From the IMG/VR virus record IMGVR_UViG_3300012943_000028, positions 240,642 through 304,641 of that record: DNA of 64,000 nt; one strand, 5' to 3'. This document shows positions 35,239-44,489 of this stretch, piece after piece. This stretch comes from a virus (lineage: Duplodnaviria > Heunggongvirae > Uroviricota > Caudoviricetes). The notes below the pieces were generated by a model, which saw only the letters and a program-made list of their open reading frames with translations, was not told where the DNA came from and did no database searches. Positions within the stretch are counted from its first letter, which is position 1. Every line of letters begins with the position of its first letter. The position numbers and the translations under genes were made by a program.

Positions 35239-35534
35239 GCTTGATCGGTTGAAAGAGCGGAATTTAGAAATTCATCAAGGTCTGCCTGTGCAGGCAGCCA
35301 CGACTTGTCTGTTTTTATTGAGCGTGCCCATTGAACACGCATGAACATATTGTAACACACTCTGAAAATCTGTTCGTCCTTGATGCTGCGTGGCATCAAG
35401 GCTAGCACCTCTTCAGGGTGAATTGGCAGCCAGCTGTTGTCCTTTCGAAACTTGCGCAGGACCTTCAAATTTTCAAGGGTCTCTGCGCAGGCATCGATCT
35501 CAGCTTGCGACAGCCTGCTGTTCCTCTTCTCCAT
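35235..35534 (-). CDS. hypothetical protein (~99 aa)
   Basis: ORF trimmed to the internal Met MEKRNSRLSQ; the upstream extension has an abnormal composition. Confidence 0.4.
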   Translation of the reverse strand: MEKRNSRLSQAEIDACAETLENLKVLRKFRKDNSWLPIHPEEVLALMPRSIKDEQIFRVCYNMFMRVQWARSIKTDKSWLPAQADLDEFLNSALSTDQA

Positions 35535-36534
35535 TGCGCAAGAACCTCTTGGCTGCGGCGAGAGAGCTGCCGACGGCCTGGTGCATGTCGATGTAGACGT
35601 ACTGCCCACAGCGACCGATGAATGTCATCTTCGGCGTATCGATGGCGGCGTACTTCTTGTACGTCTCACGATTCTTTCCGTCGACGTCCTTGACTGGGTA
35701 GTACCGCTCCATGTTGTTGTAGCGGTAGTCGCATGGCTCTTCGAGCGTCAGCGTTGTGATGCTGTCGTTCTGACCGTGTACTGGGTAGTTCTTCCACTCG
35801 GTGATGCGGGTGTGTGGGCCATCATGAGTGAAGTTGACGACTGGGACAGGCAGAATCTTCGACATTGGGAGGTCGAAGGTCGTGAACTTGATTGAGCGGT
35901 ACGGCAGCTCACCGAAGCAGAAGTCGTGGTACTCGTCGATCGGCATCGAGTTGAAGATGTGATCAAACATGCCCTCGAAAATCTTGCTGAACGTGCAGCC
36001 GGTCTTGACGAAGATGTTCTCGTGCTTCAGCATCGCCTCAACCATGGCAGTGTAGCCATTGGTTGGCATTCCCTGGTATGGGTCGTTCGGGAAGTAGAAC
36101 TCGTTGTCGTCATCACGGATCGGCACGCGCTTCATGATTGATGGGTCGAGCCGCTCGAGCGGCATGCCCCACATCTTGAGGGTGTACGGCTTGAAGAAGA
36201 TGTCGAGGACGTTCTCCTCACCTACCATCGCCTTCGTTTCACGGTTGACCGGCAGCGTAGCGTAGCGGCCATCGGCCAGCAGCGCCTTCACCTTGTGCTT
36301 GTATGGAGTCCACTCGGTGAAACGAGACAGGAAGTTCCAGACCTCTTCATTGGCCGTGTGGAAGATGTGCGAGCCATACTTGTGAACACGGATGCCGTGC
36401 TCGTTGGTGTAGTCATAGGCGTTGCCTGCGATATGACCACGCTTGTCGATGACGGTGATGTCGTGTCCAGCTTCTGCCAGCACGCGAGCGACGGTTGCGC
36501 CGGCAAGGCCGGCACCCACTACAAGTATCTTCAT
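35500..36534 (-). CDS. glf: UDP-galactopyranose mutase
   Basis: MKILVVGAGLAGATVARVLAEAGHDITVIDKRGHIAGNAYDY...GIRVHKYGSHIFHT is near-canonical for Glf (FAD-binding GxGxxG then HIGGN then HKYGPHIFHT). Confidence 0.85.
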   Translation of the reverse strand: MKILVVGAGLAGATVARVLAEAGHDITVIDKRGHIAGNAYDYTNEHGIRVHKYGSHIFHTANEEVWNFLSRFTEWTPYKHKVKALLADGRYATLPVNRETKAMVGEENVLDIFFKPYTLKMWGMPLERLDPSIMKRVPIRDDDNEFYFPNDPYQGMPTNGYTAMVEAMLKHENIFVKTGCTFSKIFEGMFDHIFNSMPIDEYHDFCFGELPYRSIKFTTFDLPMSKILPVPVVNFTHDGPHTRITEWKNYPVHGQNDSITTLTLEEPCDYRYNNMERYYPVKDVDGKNRETYKKYAAIDTPKMTFIGRCGQYVYIDMHQAVGSSLAAAKRFLRNGEEEQQAVAS

Positions 36535-36719
36535 TTGAGCACCATGATCATGTCGTAGATGATAGCGACGTCAGTAAAATTGTATGAACCCTTCTGCAGC
36601 ACCGCCTCTTTGGCCCGCGCAAAGATCGCCTCATCGATAGTCCCATGCTGTGACATGATAATTTCTCTGGCAGTTTCAGTTGTCAGCGCAACTGCAAGCT
36701 CGTGTTCAACGTCGATCAT
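36531..36719 (-). CDS. hypothetical small protein
   Basis: 62-aa ORF. Confidence 0.35.
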   Translation of the reverse strand: MIDVEHELAVALTTETAREIIMSQHGTIDEAIFARAKEAVLQKGSYNFTDVAIIYDMIMVLK

Positions 36720-37885
36720 TTGACTGCCTTTAGCACGGCCTCGATCTCGCCGATCTGAATGAGCTTGTCGAGTGGGTGGATGCGATACAGTGCCTGCCTC
36801 TGCAGGGTGGCGATGTACTCAAGCTCAGTGGTGGCAGCTGTTGTGATGTCGGCTGCCGTTAGGTCGAGGAACGGGAAGTCGCTTCCGTAGTAAACAGCGA
36901 GCTCCTTCTTGTCACCAATGAGGATGCTGCCAGCGTCTGCGCACTGCAGCGGGCGTGCTCGCCACCAGCCGGAACCAGCGTGCTCATAACCAGGCATCAA
37001 GCACGCCCAATCACGGTTGATGACCTTGACCATCTCATCTTCGGTGAGGCGCTTCTGCGTCTCCGCCTTTGACCCGTAGAGGTCGACAGGCCAGTCAAGG
37101 ATTGTTCCTTCTTCATCATTCTTCGGGTTGCCAGTGTAGCCCTGCTTCTTGAGCCACTTCTGTGTCTTCGACTGCACGAGGCTGGCAAAGTTGAAGCGCT
37201 TCTCTTTACTCGGTAGGTCTCCAGCCTTCTCAAAGAGGTTGTCAAGAGATGGGTTCCACGTCGGGTCCTCTGCGCCCTCATGACGAATGTCATACCACGT
37301 GCGGTTGCGGTGGTATGGGTTCGGGTTGTAAACGAACAGCCGATCCCGCGGGTAGTCGATCTTGTCGAACAGCAGGTGAGGTCCGAAGTTCTCCGGATCA
37401 TTGAGGTGCTCAGTGCGGAAGGCGCTGATGAGCATGCGGTTCTTCTTCGCAGTGATCACCTTGATGGCGCTGATGAACTGCGTCATGTATGGGTTGAGGT
37501 CTTCCTCGGTCTTCTTGTTGACCCCGAGAATAAAGTCGGCTGACAGCTCGCTCCAATCCTCGCACTTGGCGACGCCCTTGAAAAGGTCTGGCACCTGCCA
37601 ATCGTCGAAGGCGAGGATGCAGTCTGGGCGCTGTGAGATGGCCCACAGTCCCTCGAACACTGTGGTGGCAACTAACTGGCGCGGGCCGGCGATGAAGACG
37701 ATGACCTCATCATATCCGCTGAGGTCCTCGCCAAGTGATACTTGACGCTGATCAACCTCGTAGCCCATTGCCGTAAGGCAGTTGAAGAGCGAGTAGTGAG
37801 ATGGTACCACCTTCAGCTGCTGACGAAGGTAGAACTTGCGGGTACACTGGTTCTTGTTGAAGCCAGTGATCAGAATTCTTTTCAT
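36716..37885 (-). CDS. T4 beta-glucosyltransferase-like DNA glycosyltransferase (GT-B fold), tentative
   Basis: N-terminus MKRILITGFNKNQ...VPSHYSLFNCLTAMGYEVD parallels T4 BGT MKIAIINMGNNV...VPSSETIYLFKVISEMGLNVD. C-terminal ILIGDKK aligns with BGT LIIGDKN. Confidence 0.55.
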   Translation of the reverse strand: MKRILITGFNKNQCTRKFYLRQQLKVVPSHYSLFNCLTAMGYEVDQRQVSLGEDLSGYDEVIVFIAGPRQLVATTVFEGLWAISQRPDCILAFDDWQVPDLFKGVAKCEDWSELSADFILGVNKKTEEDLNPYMTQFISAIKVITAKKNRMLISAFRTEHLNDPENFGPHLLFDKIDYPRDRLFVYNPNPYHRNRTWYDIRHEGAEDPTWNPSLDNLFEKAGDLPSKEKRFNFASLVQSKTQKWLKKQGYTGNPKNDEEGTILDWPVDLYGSKAETQKRLTEDEMVKVINRDWACLMPGYEHAGSGWWRARPLQCADAGSILIGDKKELAVYYGSDFPFLDLTAADITTAATTELEYIATLQRQALYRIHPLDKLIQIGEIEAVLKAVK

Positions 37886-37937
37886 GTGTTCTCCAAAATC
37901 CGGGGTCGGGCGTATTTACCGTGCCTTCGACCGCACT

Positions 37938-38240
37938 TCAACCGCCTGCGTTGTTGCTGCCCTTTCCAGAGCTCAGCGATCTTGCTGTTTCACGCGCCTT
38001 TTCTTCGGCATCAGAGATGGCGCTTTGAAGCTGACGGTAGAACATGGTGAGCTCGAAGGAGCCTGGAACTCTGCCCTTCCCTGCTGCCTCAAGACCACCG
38101 CAGAACTGAATCATTGCCTGCAGGCCGTCGAGGTTCGACTGCGTGATCCACACTGGAACCCTAACGCTGTCGTCATGGTTTGGGTGCCTGTCGCAGATCG
38201 ACAGACGAGCAAGGTGGATAGGACGATCGTTGAAGCTCAT
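37938..38240 (-). CDS. hypothetical protein
   Basis: 100-aa ORF. Confidence 0.4.
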   Translation of the reverse strand: MSFNDRPIHLARLSICDRHPNHDDSVRVPVWITQSNLDGLQAMIQFCGGLEAAGKGRVPGSFELTMFYRQLQSAISDAEEKARETARSLSSGKGSNNAGG

Positions 38241-38449
38241 GGTGAATCTCCAAGCTTTGCTCGCTCTTCACGGAGTTCGGCGAGCTTTGCATCGTTGTTA
38301 GCTGTCAGCGCTGCGATCTCACGATCGAGCTTATGGCGTCGAGCTTCTTTGTACACGAGTGATTGTGCTTCGTGGTAGAGCGCATGCTCTGCATCAGTCA
38401 TCCAGCCAGAGTTGATGATGCAAAGTGCCTGTGTAAGGGTCAAGCTCAT
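38237..38449 (-). CDS. hypothetical protein
   Basis: 70-aa ORF. Confidence 0.4.
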   Translation of the reverse strand: MSLTLTQALCIINSGWMTDAEHALYHEAQSLVYKEARRHKLDREIAALTANNDAKLAELREERAKLGDSP

Positions 38450-39054
38450 GATAGCGCTGCCTCGAGGATGGCTTCCTTCGGCAGGAAACCGCCAGTGGTT
38501 GGGTCAGTGACAACGATCTCGCGCTTGTCCTTGATGTTCGAGCGGTCAAATGCTGCGATGAACCGCGCCTGTTCTTCTTGACGCTTCTCGATGGGACCAA
38601 GCGACTGCCCATCGTCAACGAAGTGCTTTGCTGACGCAAAGTCCTCGAGCAGAAGTATGAGGCGCAGGCTCGGGTGCTCGTTCAACCCTGTGAGAAGCTC
38701 CTGCTTGTAGACGTAGTCGCCGCTGTAACCACGGTACATTGGAGAGTAGACGACCTCGCCGATGTGCCAGCGGTCAAAGATGATTCGTGAGTTGGACTTT
38801 GCCATCAGCATGGAGTTGCGGAAACTTTCCTGCTGGTAGAAGAACGCTGAGCGGTGCTGCTCTGGAACGAGCTCGATACCGCCGTCGCCCTGGTATGCAG
38901 GCTTCTTGGCCGCTTCTTCGTACAGCTTGAGCTTCTGCGGCTTTGCAAAGTGGACCACCTGATAGAAGCCGAAGGTGTCCATGATTCCCTGGATGAGCGT
39001 GCTCTTGCCGAGACGGTCAAGCCCCTCAATGCCGTAGACTGTGCATGGCTTCAT
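38446..39054 (-). CDS. deoxynucleoside monophosphate kinase (thymidylate-kinase family)
   Basis: VYGIEGLDRLGKSTLIQ matches the Tmk P-loop (ieGiDGaGKsT); ~200 aa. Confidence 0.7.
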   Translation of the reverse strand: MKPCTVYGIEGLDRLGKSTLIQGIMDTFGFYQVVHFAKPQKLKLYEEAAKKPAYQGDGGIELVPEQHRSAFFYQQESFRNSMLMAKSNSRIIFDRWHIGEVVYSPMYRGYSGDYVYKQELLTGLNEHPSLRLILLLEDFASAKHFVDDGQSLGPIEKRQEEQARFIAAFDRSNIKDKREIVVTDPTTGGFLPKEAILEAALS

Positions 39055-39189
39055 TTCATTTCCTCAGGTGTGACCAAATAAGAACAGTCGCTGCGATGAT
39101 CGCCGCTACAGTTCTGATGATGCTCATGATGAACTCCGCTTTCTTGCGGCGTTCCTTGAATTCTGGTTGCTCCATCGTATCACCAACCT

Positions 39190-39519
39190 CTAATCAGATA
39201 CAACCTTCCCGTTCGACCTGACAATATCAGGAATTGAGAAGAACACCGGTATGCCAAGCTCCTTGGCACGTGCGACCTCTGCATCGGCGCCCGACGATTC
39301 ACCAGGAAGGCGCAGGACGCAGTCACAGTCCTCGATCCACGCCATGCACCACTTCAGCCAGTCCGAGTATTCACGCTTGTGAACTTGGTCATGGAAGTGA
39401 ACGAGCAGCGGCATGAACGGAATATAACCGAGGTTCATGAGAACATTGGCCGCATCCATCTGGCGCCTGACGTTACCGTCAACGTCTCCGCTGTAGCCGC
39501 TTGAGATGAAGACCTTCAC
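39190..39519 (-). CDS. nucleoside 2-deoxyribosyltransferase-like protein (DUF4406-like), tentative
   Basis: MKVFISSGYSGD...YIPFMPLL layout resembles the small Rossmann-like deoxyribosyltransferase-like family. Weak. Confidence 0.45.
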   Translation of the reverse strand: MKVFISSGYSGDVDGNVRRQMDAANVLMNLGYIPFMPLLVHFHDQVHKREYSDWLKWCMAWIEDCDCVLRLPGESSGADAEVARAKELGIPVFFSIPDIVRSNGKVVSD

Positions 39520-39857
39520 TCTTCATCCTTCTTCTGAGAGTCAAGAAGGCGCTGGTATTCATCGGCCGTGAGGAGCAGACGTTCACGATAGCACTCAACG
39601 AGGGTGCTGATGTCATGCCCCCACATGTTGTGGTCCATCGAGCTCTTGCCAACTTCAACGAGAGTTGGCTCATCCATGATCATGCGAATCTCGTAGACGG
39701 TGTCAGGCTTGAGAAAGCTTTCACCCTTCTTCGGAGCTGTGCCGATGATCATGTCGACTCGACCTTTGCCTTTAGGGCCGGTACCACGCGTGACGAACCT
39801 CGTCACCAGCGGAAAGGCCTGGCTCATTGGTATCTTCTTCGGTGTCTGTGCTTTCAT
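39516..39857 (-). CDS. hypothetical protein
   Basis: 113 aa from ATG 39857 (MKAQTPKK); the track start at 39860 is TTG. Confidence 0.45.
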   Translation of the reverse strand: MKAQTPKKIPMSQAFPLVTRFVTRGTGPKGKGRVDMIIGTAPKKGESFLKPDTVYEIRMIMDEPTLVEVGKSSMDHNMWGHDISTLVECYRERLLLTADEYQRLLDSQKKDEE

Positions 39858-40024
39858 CAAACTCTCTCCTTTTCAACGATGTAGCCAGCTCCCATGCAAG
39901 AACCGCAGTGCATGTATGGATCAACGCATGGGATCATGCGCGTACCGCTTCCGTTGCAGGAGTTGCACTGTCTCCTGCTTTCACGGTACTGAACTCGCTT
40001 CTTGGCCTTCTTACGCTTTGCCAT
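39857..40024 (-). CDS. small zinc-ribbon protein (55 aa; not in ORF track because <60 aa)
   Basis: MAKRKKAKKRVQYRESRRQCNSCNGSGTRMIPCVDPYMHCGSCMGAGYIVEKERV has four CxxC-type pairs. TGATG coupling to the downstream gene. Fills an otherwise empty gap. Confidence 0.4.
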   Translation of the reverse strand: MAKRKKAKKRVQYRESRRQCNSCNGSGTRMIPCVDPYMHCGSCMGAGYIVEKERV

Positions 40025-40514
40025 GAAGCGCCTTAGCGCGAGCCTGTCTCACGCTCACTTCATTTGCCACGGGCCAAGGCACAAACGGGCCGACATTGCT
40101 GCCGAGACGGATCATCTCACGGATCATCGTCGATGAGATGAACGTGTGATCAGACTTTGCCGTAAGAAACACCGTCTCTATTGTGGGGTCAAGGTGGCGG
40201 TTGAAGTGGGCGATCTGTAGCTCGTACTCGAAGTCTGACATTGCACGCAGGCCACGAACCAGCACGGTAGCCTTGTGTGCCTTAGCGTAATGAACCGTGA
40301 AGCCATCGTAGTGACTGACCTCAATGTTCGGAACATCCTTGAACGTCTCAACGATGAACTTGGCTCGTTCTGCTGGAGTAAACATTGTGCTCTTTGCGGA
40401 TGTAATCGGCAAAGCAACGATCACCTTTTCAAACATTGATGCTGCACGCAGTGCAATGTCAGCGTGACCGATGGTGATCGGGTCGAAGGTACCAGCGTAG
40501 ACTGCGATTGTCAT
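40011..40514 (-). CDS. coaD: phosphopantetheine adenylyltransferase (PPAT/CoaD)
   Basis: MTIAVYAGTFDPITIGHADIA matches the CoaD N-terminus (AVYPGSFDPITNGHLDI, T/HxGH nucleotidyltransferase motif). ORF trimmed to the internal Met. Confidence 0.8.
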   Translation of the reverse strand: MTIAVYAGTFDPITIGHADIALRAASMFEKVIVALPITSAKSTMFTPAERAKFIVETFKDVPNIEVSHYDGFTVHYAKAHKATVLVRGLRAMSDFEYELQIAHFNRHLDPTIETVFLTAKSDHTFISSTMIREMIRLGSNVGPFVPWPVANEVSVRQARAKALHGKA

Positions 40515-42259
40515 AGGAACTTTGTGAACCTCGTGTTGAACTCGTCCTTCCATACGTTGAAGCTGCCAGTCCACAGGCGTTGAAGGTTGGCGTCCATGCA
40601 GTACGTGACAGCATGATCGTCGGCGCTGCGGACTGATCGGCCTGCACCCTGCACGGCCTTCATCACGGTGATGATGTTGTACAGGGACGGGTGCTTGTCG
40701 AGAATGAACTTCATGCGCTTGTCGGCGAGTGATGGGAACGGAGCCTTCACTAGAATCTGCCAACGTGACAGATCGCCGGGAAGGTCGATGCCCTCGAACA
40801 TTGACGGCGAGATGAGAACGGCTGGCCCGCCCTGGTAAGCCTTGAAGGCGACGAGGATGTTCTCAAGCTTCTCACCCTGGCGGTGCTCGAAGAGCTTGTA
40901 GCCCTTGATGCCGACGAGCTCTGCGACGAGCTCGTTCTGCAGCTTGAAGCTTGGTGTCAACACAATGCCACGCTCGCCCTTCTCAACGTGGTGCTTCACC
41001 ACCTTTGCCACGTTCTTGCGCAGTTGCGTGACCACCTTCGGGTCCTGCAGCGACTTGTAGCCGAGCGAGAGAGGGTCGAAGAACACAACCTCCTTGTTCT
41101 CCTTCGGAAAGGTAGGTGGCAGCTTGATGAACTTCGTCTGCATTGGGTCGAGGTTCAGGGTCTTCACCATGAACTCTTCAGATACCGTTGCCGACATGAA
41201 GAGATTGTAGTCGGCTGACTGCAGTGCGTCGATCATCGTGCCAACGAAGATTGGCTTCACAGAGATGGCACGCTCTTCTTCCTTGTACTCAAAGACGTGA
41301 TCGTAACCATAGTTGAAGAAGTCGTCGATCTTGCAGCAGAGCCCTTCGTACTTCTTTGCAAAGCGGTTCAGCTTCGTGTACTTGCCCATGTTGCCTGAGC
41401 GCAAGGCGATGTCAGCTTCTGCCTGTCCAGCCTGCTTGGCATAGGTGTACACCTCCATGAGAGCACGAAGGTAGGCCTGGTAGTTGCCAAGATCGCTTGT
41501 TCCGTTGCCATCGTGGATTTTTCCTGGGGTACCAACATCCTTTGCCAGCGACTGAAGCAGCTTGGCGATCTTGACGTCTGTCAGGCCGACAGAGGTGTTG
41601 ATCTCTTCGGCGTACTGCTGCGCCCGCTTTTGTGAGAAGTAGATGGCGTTGTGCTCGCTGAAGAGGTCATTGACGAGGTGGGCTTCGTCCCACACAACAA
41701 GGTCACGGTTCTCAAACTTGCCCGTGTACATGCGGTCAATGAAGTAGTACGAGTAGTTCGTCGTGATGTGACGTACCAGGTTCTTCTTCTGCTTGATCTT
41801 CAGGTAGTCGCAGCCATTGCAGTGCTGCTGGAGAACGGCCTCAAACGAGGAGTCCTTCACCATCGTGTACCAGGCACATGACTCGGCGGTAGCTGGTTCG
41901 GCCGGCGTGCTGAGGGCATCGCAGTCGTAGTTGCCTGCGCCCTTGATCATCACGTACTTACCGTCCTTCTCAAGCTCACGGAATGTGGCGCCGTACTGCT
42001 TTGCAAGAACGTTGGTTGCGGTCAGTGAGATGGAGGACTTGATCGTGCTGGCACTTCCGCCACGGGCGGCCGTCAGCGCCTCGGCTGCGGCGGCGCCGAT
42101 GATGGACTTACCTGTACCAGTAGAAGCATTGAGGATGACGTTCTTGGCCTTGTCGTCGATGAAAGCGGTGATGATTCGATCGACGGCTTCCTTCTGGCCT
42201 GGGCGTGGCGCAAAACCTAGGCGAGCAAACGCTGCGTCAATTTGTTCTTCGTACTTCAT
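40511..42259 (-). CDS. dinG: DinG/Rad3-family ATP-dependent helicase (iron-sulfur type)
   Basis: RPGQKEAV...ASTGTGKS Walker A, a four-Cys cluster (CAWY..CNGCDY), VVWDEAHLVND DEAH box, and the C-terminal LISPSMFEGIDLPGD...VKAPFP typical of DinG. Confidence 0.85.
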   Translation of the reverse strand: MKYEEQIDAAFARLGFAPRPGQKEAVDRIITAFIDDKAKNVILNASTGTGKSIIGAAAAEALTAARGGSASTIKSSISLTATNVLAKQYGATFRELEKDGKYVMIKGAGNYDCDALSTPAEPATAESCAWYTMVKDSSFEAVLQQHCNGCDYLKIKQKKNLVRHITTNYSYYFIDRMYTGKFENRDLVVWDEAHLVNDLFSEHNAIYFSQKRAQQYAEEINTSVGLTDVKIAKLLQSLAKDVGTPGKIHDGNGTSDLGNYQAYLRALMEVYTYAKQAGQAEADIALRSGNMGKYTKLNRFAKKYEGLCCKIDDFFNYGYDHVFEYKEEERAISVKPIFVGTMIDALQSADYNLFMSATVSEEFMVKTLNLDPMQTKFIKLPPTFPKENKEVVFFDPLSLGYKSLQDPKVVTQLRKNVAKVVKHHVEKGERGIVLTPSFKLQNELVAELVGIKGYKLFEHRQGEKLENILVAFKAYQGGPAVLISPSMFEGIDLPGDLSRWQILVKAPFPSLADKRMKFILDKHPSLYNIITVMKAVQGAGRSVRSADDHAVTYCMDANLQRLWTGSFNVWKDEFNTRFTKFL

Positions 42260-42443
42260 TCTCGTAGTGTGCCTTGTTGAACTTCACGCCGTCGTTGCAC
42301 TCTTCGCAAATCCAGGCGTCCCAGAAGCCCTTGTTCTCGTTGTAGTCGCTTTCGTGTATGTCCCAACATAGTGAGATGCCGCAGCTATTGCAGATCGGCG
42401 TCACACCTTCATCCATCGTACCATGATGGATGTGAACACCCAT
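42237..42443 (-). CDS. small Cys-rich protein
   Basis: 68 aa with CNSCG...C...CEEC. Confidence 0.4.
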   Translation of the reverse strand: MGVHIHHGTMDEGVTPICNSCGISLCWDIHESDYNENKGFWDAWICEECNDGVKFNKAHYENEVRRTN

Positions 42444-42754
42444 CAGTCGGTTGACCAGCTGATCAGCAGATCGTACTCGTCTTGTGTCAGCGTGATGGAG
42501 TTCGTGTTCGGGTTCGTCACGGCGTGCAGCAGCACCCTGGCGATCTCGAGCGTACGATCAGCATGAAGACCGGCGACCACGCGCTCGTCGATAGAGTGGT
42601 CGCTGTACTTGTACAGCCAGCGGCTGATGGCGCCCATCTTTGCAATGTCGGCATCGATCTCGTCGATGCGCTTCTTGCGCTCAGCCTTGATCGTCTCGAT
42701 GACCTTGTTGCAGATCAGCTGCCATTGGTGACGGTTGTCGAGCTCGATTTTCAT
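42443..42754 (-). CDS. hypothetical protein
   Basis: 103-aa ORF. Confidence 0.45.
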   Translation of the reverse strand: MKIELDNRHQWQLICNKVIETIKAERKKRIDEIDADIAKMGAISRWLYKYSDHSIDERVVAGLHADRTLEIARVLLHAVTNPNTNSITLTQDEYDLLISWSTD

Positions 42755-43149
42755 ACTGAGTCCTCGTCTCTTGCGTCTTTGGGGTGCATTGGGCCAGGCT
42801 TGCGATCGGTGTAGTACACATCGTCTTCAACAGCAAAGATGTTGGCACCGCTCATGCATGGAACGTGCGCCTCAACTGCGGTCAAGGCAGCTCGGCGCGT
42901 GCAGGGATAGGTGCTGTGCTCAGTGTCGTTCTTGACAAGCGTGCACGCAGTCGCTTCACCAGCCTTCGCTCTGTCAAGCTTCGACAGTAGCGTCGTGATG
43001 TTGCGACGAGAGATGTAGATCGTGTCTGCCTGTTGGTCTGGGTAATGATCACCCATGGCTGACTTCACGATGCGTGGGGCTGGGGCCTTGGCATTCAGGG
43101 CCGCAAGCAGCAGGCTGAGATCATTGCGAGTCAAGAAGAGTTGAATCAT
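42751..43149 (-). CDS. hypothetical protein
   Basis: ORF trimmed to the internal Met MIQLFLTRNDLSL. Confidence 0.4.
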   Translation of the reverse strand: MIQLFLTRNDLSLLLAALNAKAPAPRIVKSAMGDHYPDQQADTIYISRRNITTLLSKLDRAKAGEATACTLVKNDTEHSTYPCTRRAALTAVEAHVPCMSGANIFAVEDDVYYTDRKPGPMHPKDARDEDSV

Positions 43150-43218
43150 GGCTCTACCTAGGGGAACTGGTGGTCCATTGTAACACGGTGACAATCAGCA
43201 GTAAACCAACAACCTCGA

Positions 43219-43249
43219 GGCAAAAGAAGGGGGACCGAAGTCCCCCTTC
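43219..43249 (-). terminator. intrinsic terminator (minus strand)
   Basis: Perfect hairpin GAAGGGGGAC-cgaa-GTCCCCCTTC followed on the minus strand by TTTTGCC, 20 nt after the stop of the outer-membrane beta-barrel gene. Confidence 0.6.
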
Positions 43250-43271
43250 AACCTGCGAGCTTGCGTGAAGC

Positions 43272-43859
43272 TTAGAACTTGTACGCGAGCGATGCCACAA
43301 CACCATTGTACGTGGTGTTCGTCCAGGCCTTCTGACCACCAACCTTGCCAACGAGCTTTTCGTTGATGTTGATGTAGGCGCCCAGTGAAGCGTACTTGTC
43401 GCCTTCCTTCTCGAGGGAAGCGCTGTAGCCGCCGAAGAGCGTTACGTTCTTGATGAACGTTGGAACGCTGATTTCGCCGAAGGCTACGGTGTCGTCGGTG
43501 TGGTTTGCACCACGATCAACACCAGTCCAGTTCACACCACCAACGAGGGCGATCGAACCGAGCTTCAGACCATTGGCATAGCCTACCGAGTACGTGAGCT
43601 GATCTGCGCGGGCGCCACCGGCATACGTTGAAACGTTGCCAACAGAACCGAATGCCGAACCGAGCACGCCTGCATTCAGCTGCAGGCCGGCGAGACCGAC
43701 GTGGCTCGAGACCCATGGGGTTGAGCTGTCAGCACGACGCAGGTACGAATAGTCAACGGTGGCTTCGACTCCCTTCGAACCAACTGACGAGAGGTCAGCA
43801 GCCGCAGCAGCGCCTGCAAAGCCCAGCGTCAGAGCGAGGGCGAGTAGAATCTTCTTCAT
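43272..43859 (-). CDS. outer-membrane beta-barrel protein (OmpW/OmpX/Ail-like) with signal peptide
   Basis: MKKILLALALTLGFAGAAAA signal peptide, alternating amphipathic beta-strand pattern rich in Gly/Tyr/Ala, and the C-terminal ...LAYKF with terminal Phe typical of Gram-negative outer-membrane proteins. Confidence 0.65.
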   Translation of the reverse strand: MKKILLALALTLGFAGAAAAADLSSVGSKGVEATVDYSYLRRADSSTPWVSSHVGLAGLQLNAGVLGSAFGSVGNVSTYAGGARADQLTYSVGYANGLKLGSIALVGGVNWTGVDRGANHTDDTVAFGEISVPTFIKNVTLFGGYSASLEKEGDKYASLGAYININEKLVGKVGGQKAWTNTTYNGVVASLAYKF

Positions 43860-43911
43860 GCAATACTCCTTATGATTGAACAATTTCGATCATTGCTGAT
43901 CGACGGGGTAT

Positions 43912-44151
43912 TTACTGTGCGCAGGTTGCGTTCTTTTCAGACTCACGAGCGATTGAAAGTGATCGCTCTAGAATCTCTACAGAACCTGGCCAACGTCCAG
44001 CAAAAACTTCTTGTGCAACGACAGCATCCGTTTCTGCCGCTTCGAGGCGCATTAGCATCTCTTCAAACGCTTCTTTCGCCTCTGGTGTTTCGGGTTTGAG
44101 TGCCTTCGCCCAGCGATCTATCGCCGTACATGTCTCACACGTGCAGCTCAT
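43912..44151 (-). CDS. hypothetical small protein
   Basis: ORF trimmed to the internal Met MSCTCETC. Confidence 0.35.
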   Translation of the reverse strand: MSCTCETCTAIDRWAKALKPETPEAKEAFEEMLMRLEAAETDAVVAQEVFAGRWPGSVEILERSLSIARESEKNATCAQ

Positions 44152-44489
44152 GATTTTCTCCTGAGGTATGCCATCTTGTGTGGGCCTGCAGGCATGGCCT
44201 CGATTTCCCACGTAGCTTCCATCTCATCTAGCTGAGAGCGCCAGCACTTCAGCACCTCAACATCATTTGGTTTGCGATGGAAGAAGTAGAGCTCCATGTC
44301 ACCAACAGATGACTTGTAGTCTTCAATCCGTTTGGCGGCTGTCGCCTTAGCCTTCTCAACATCGCCATGATGTACGATGGTGTAGAACTCGACTGCCTGC
44401 TCAAAGGTCATCTCATGGTCAGCAAGATAGTCGCCGGTGCTCGGCGTGAGATTGCCAATCCAGGACTCGAAGGCGGTGATCAGCTTCAT
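44148..44489 (-). CDS. hypothetical protein
   Basis: ORF trimmed to the internal Met MKLITAFESW. Confidence 0.4.
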   Translation of the reverse strand: MKLITAFESWIGNLTPSTGDYLADHEMTFEQAVEFYTIVHHGDVEKAKATAAKRIEDYKSSVGDMELYFFHRKPNDVEVLKCWRSQLDEMEATWEIEAMPAGPHKMAYLRRKS

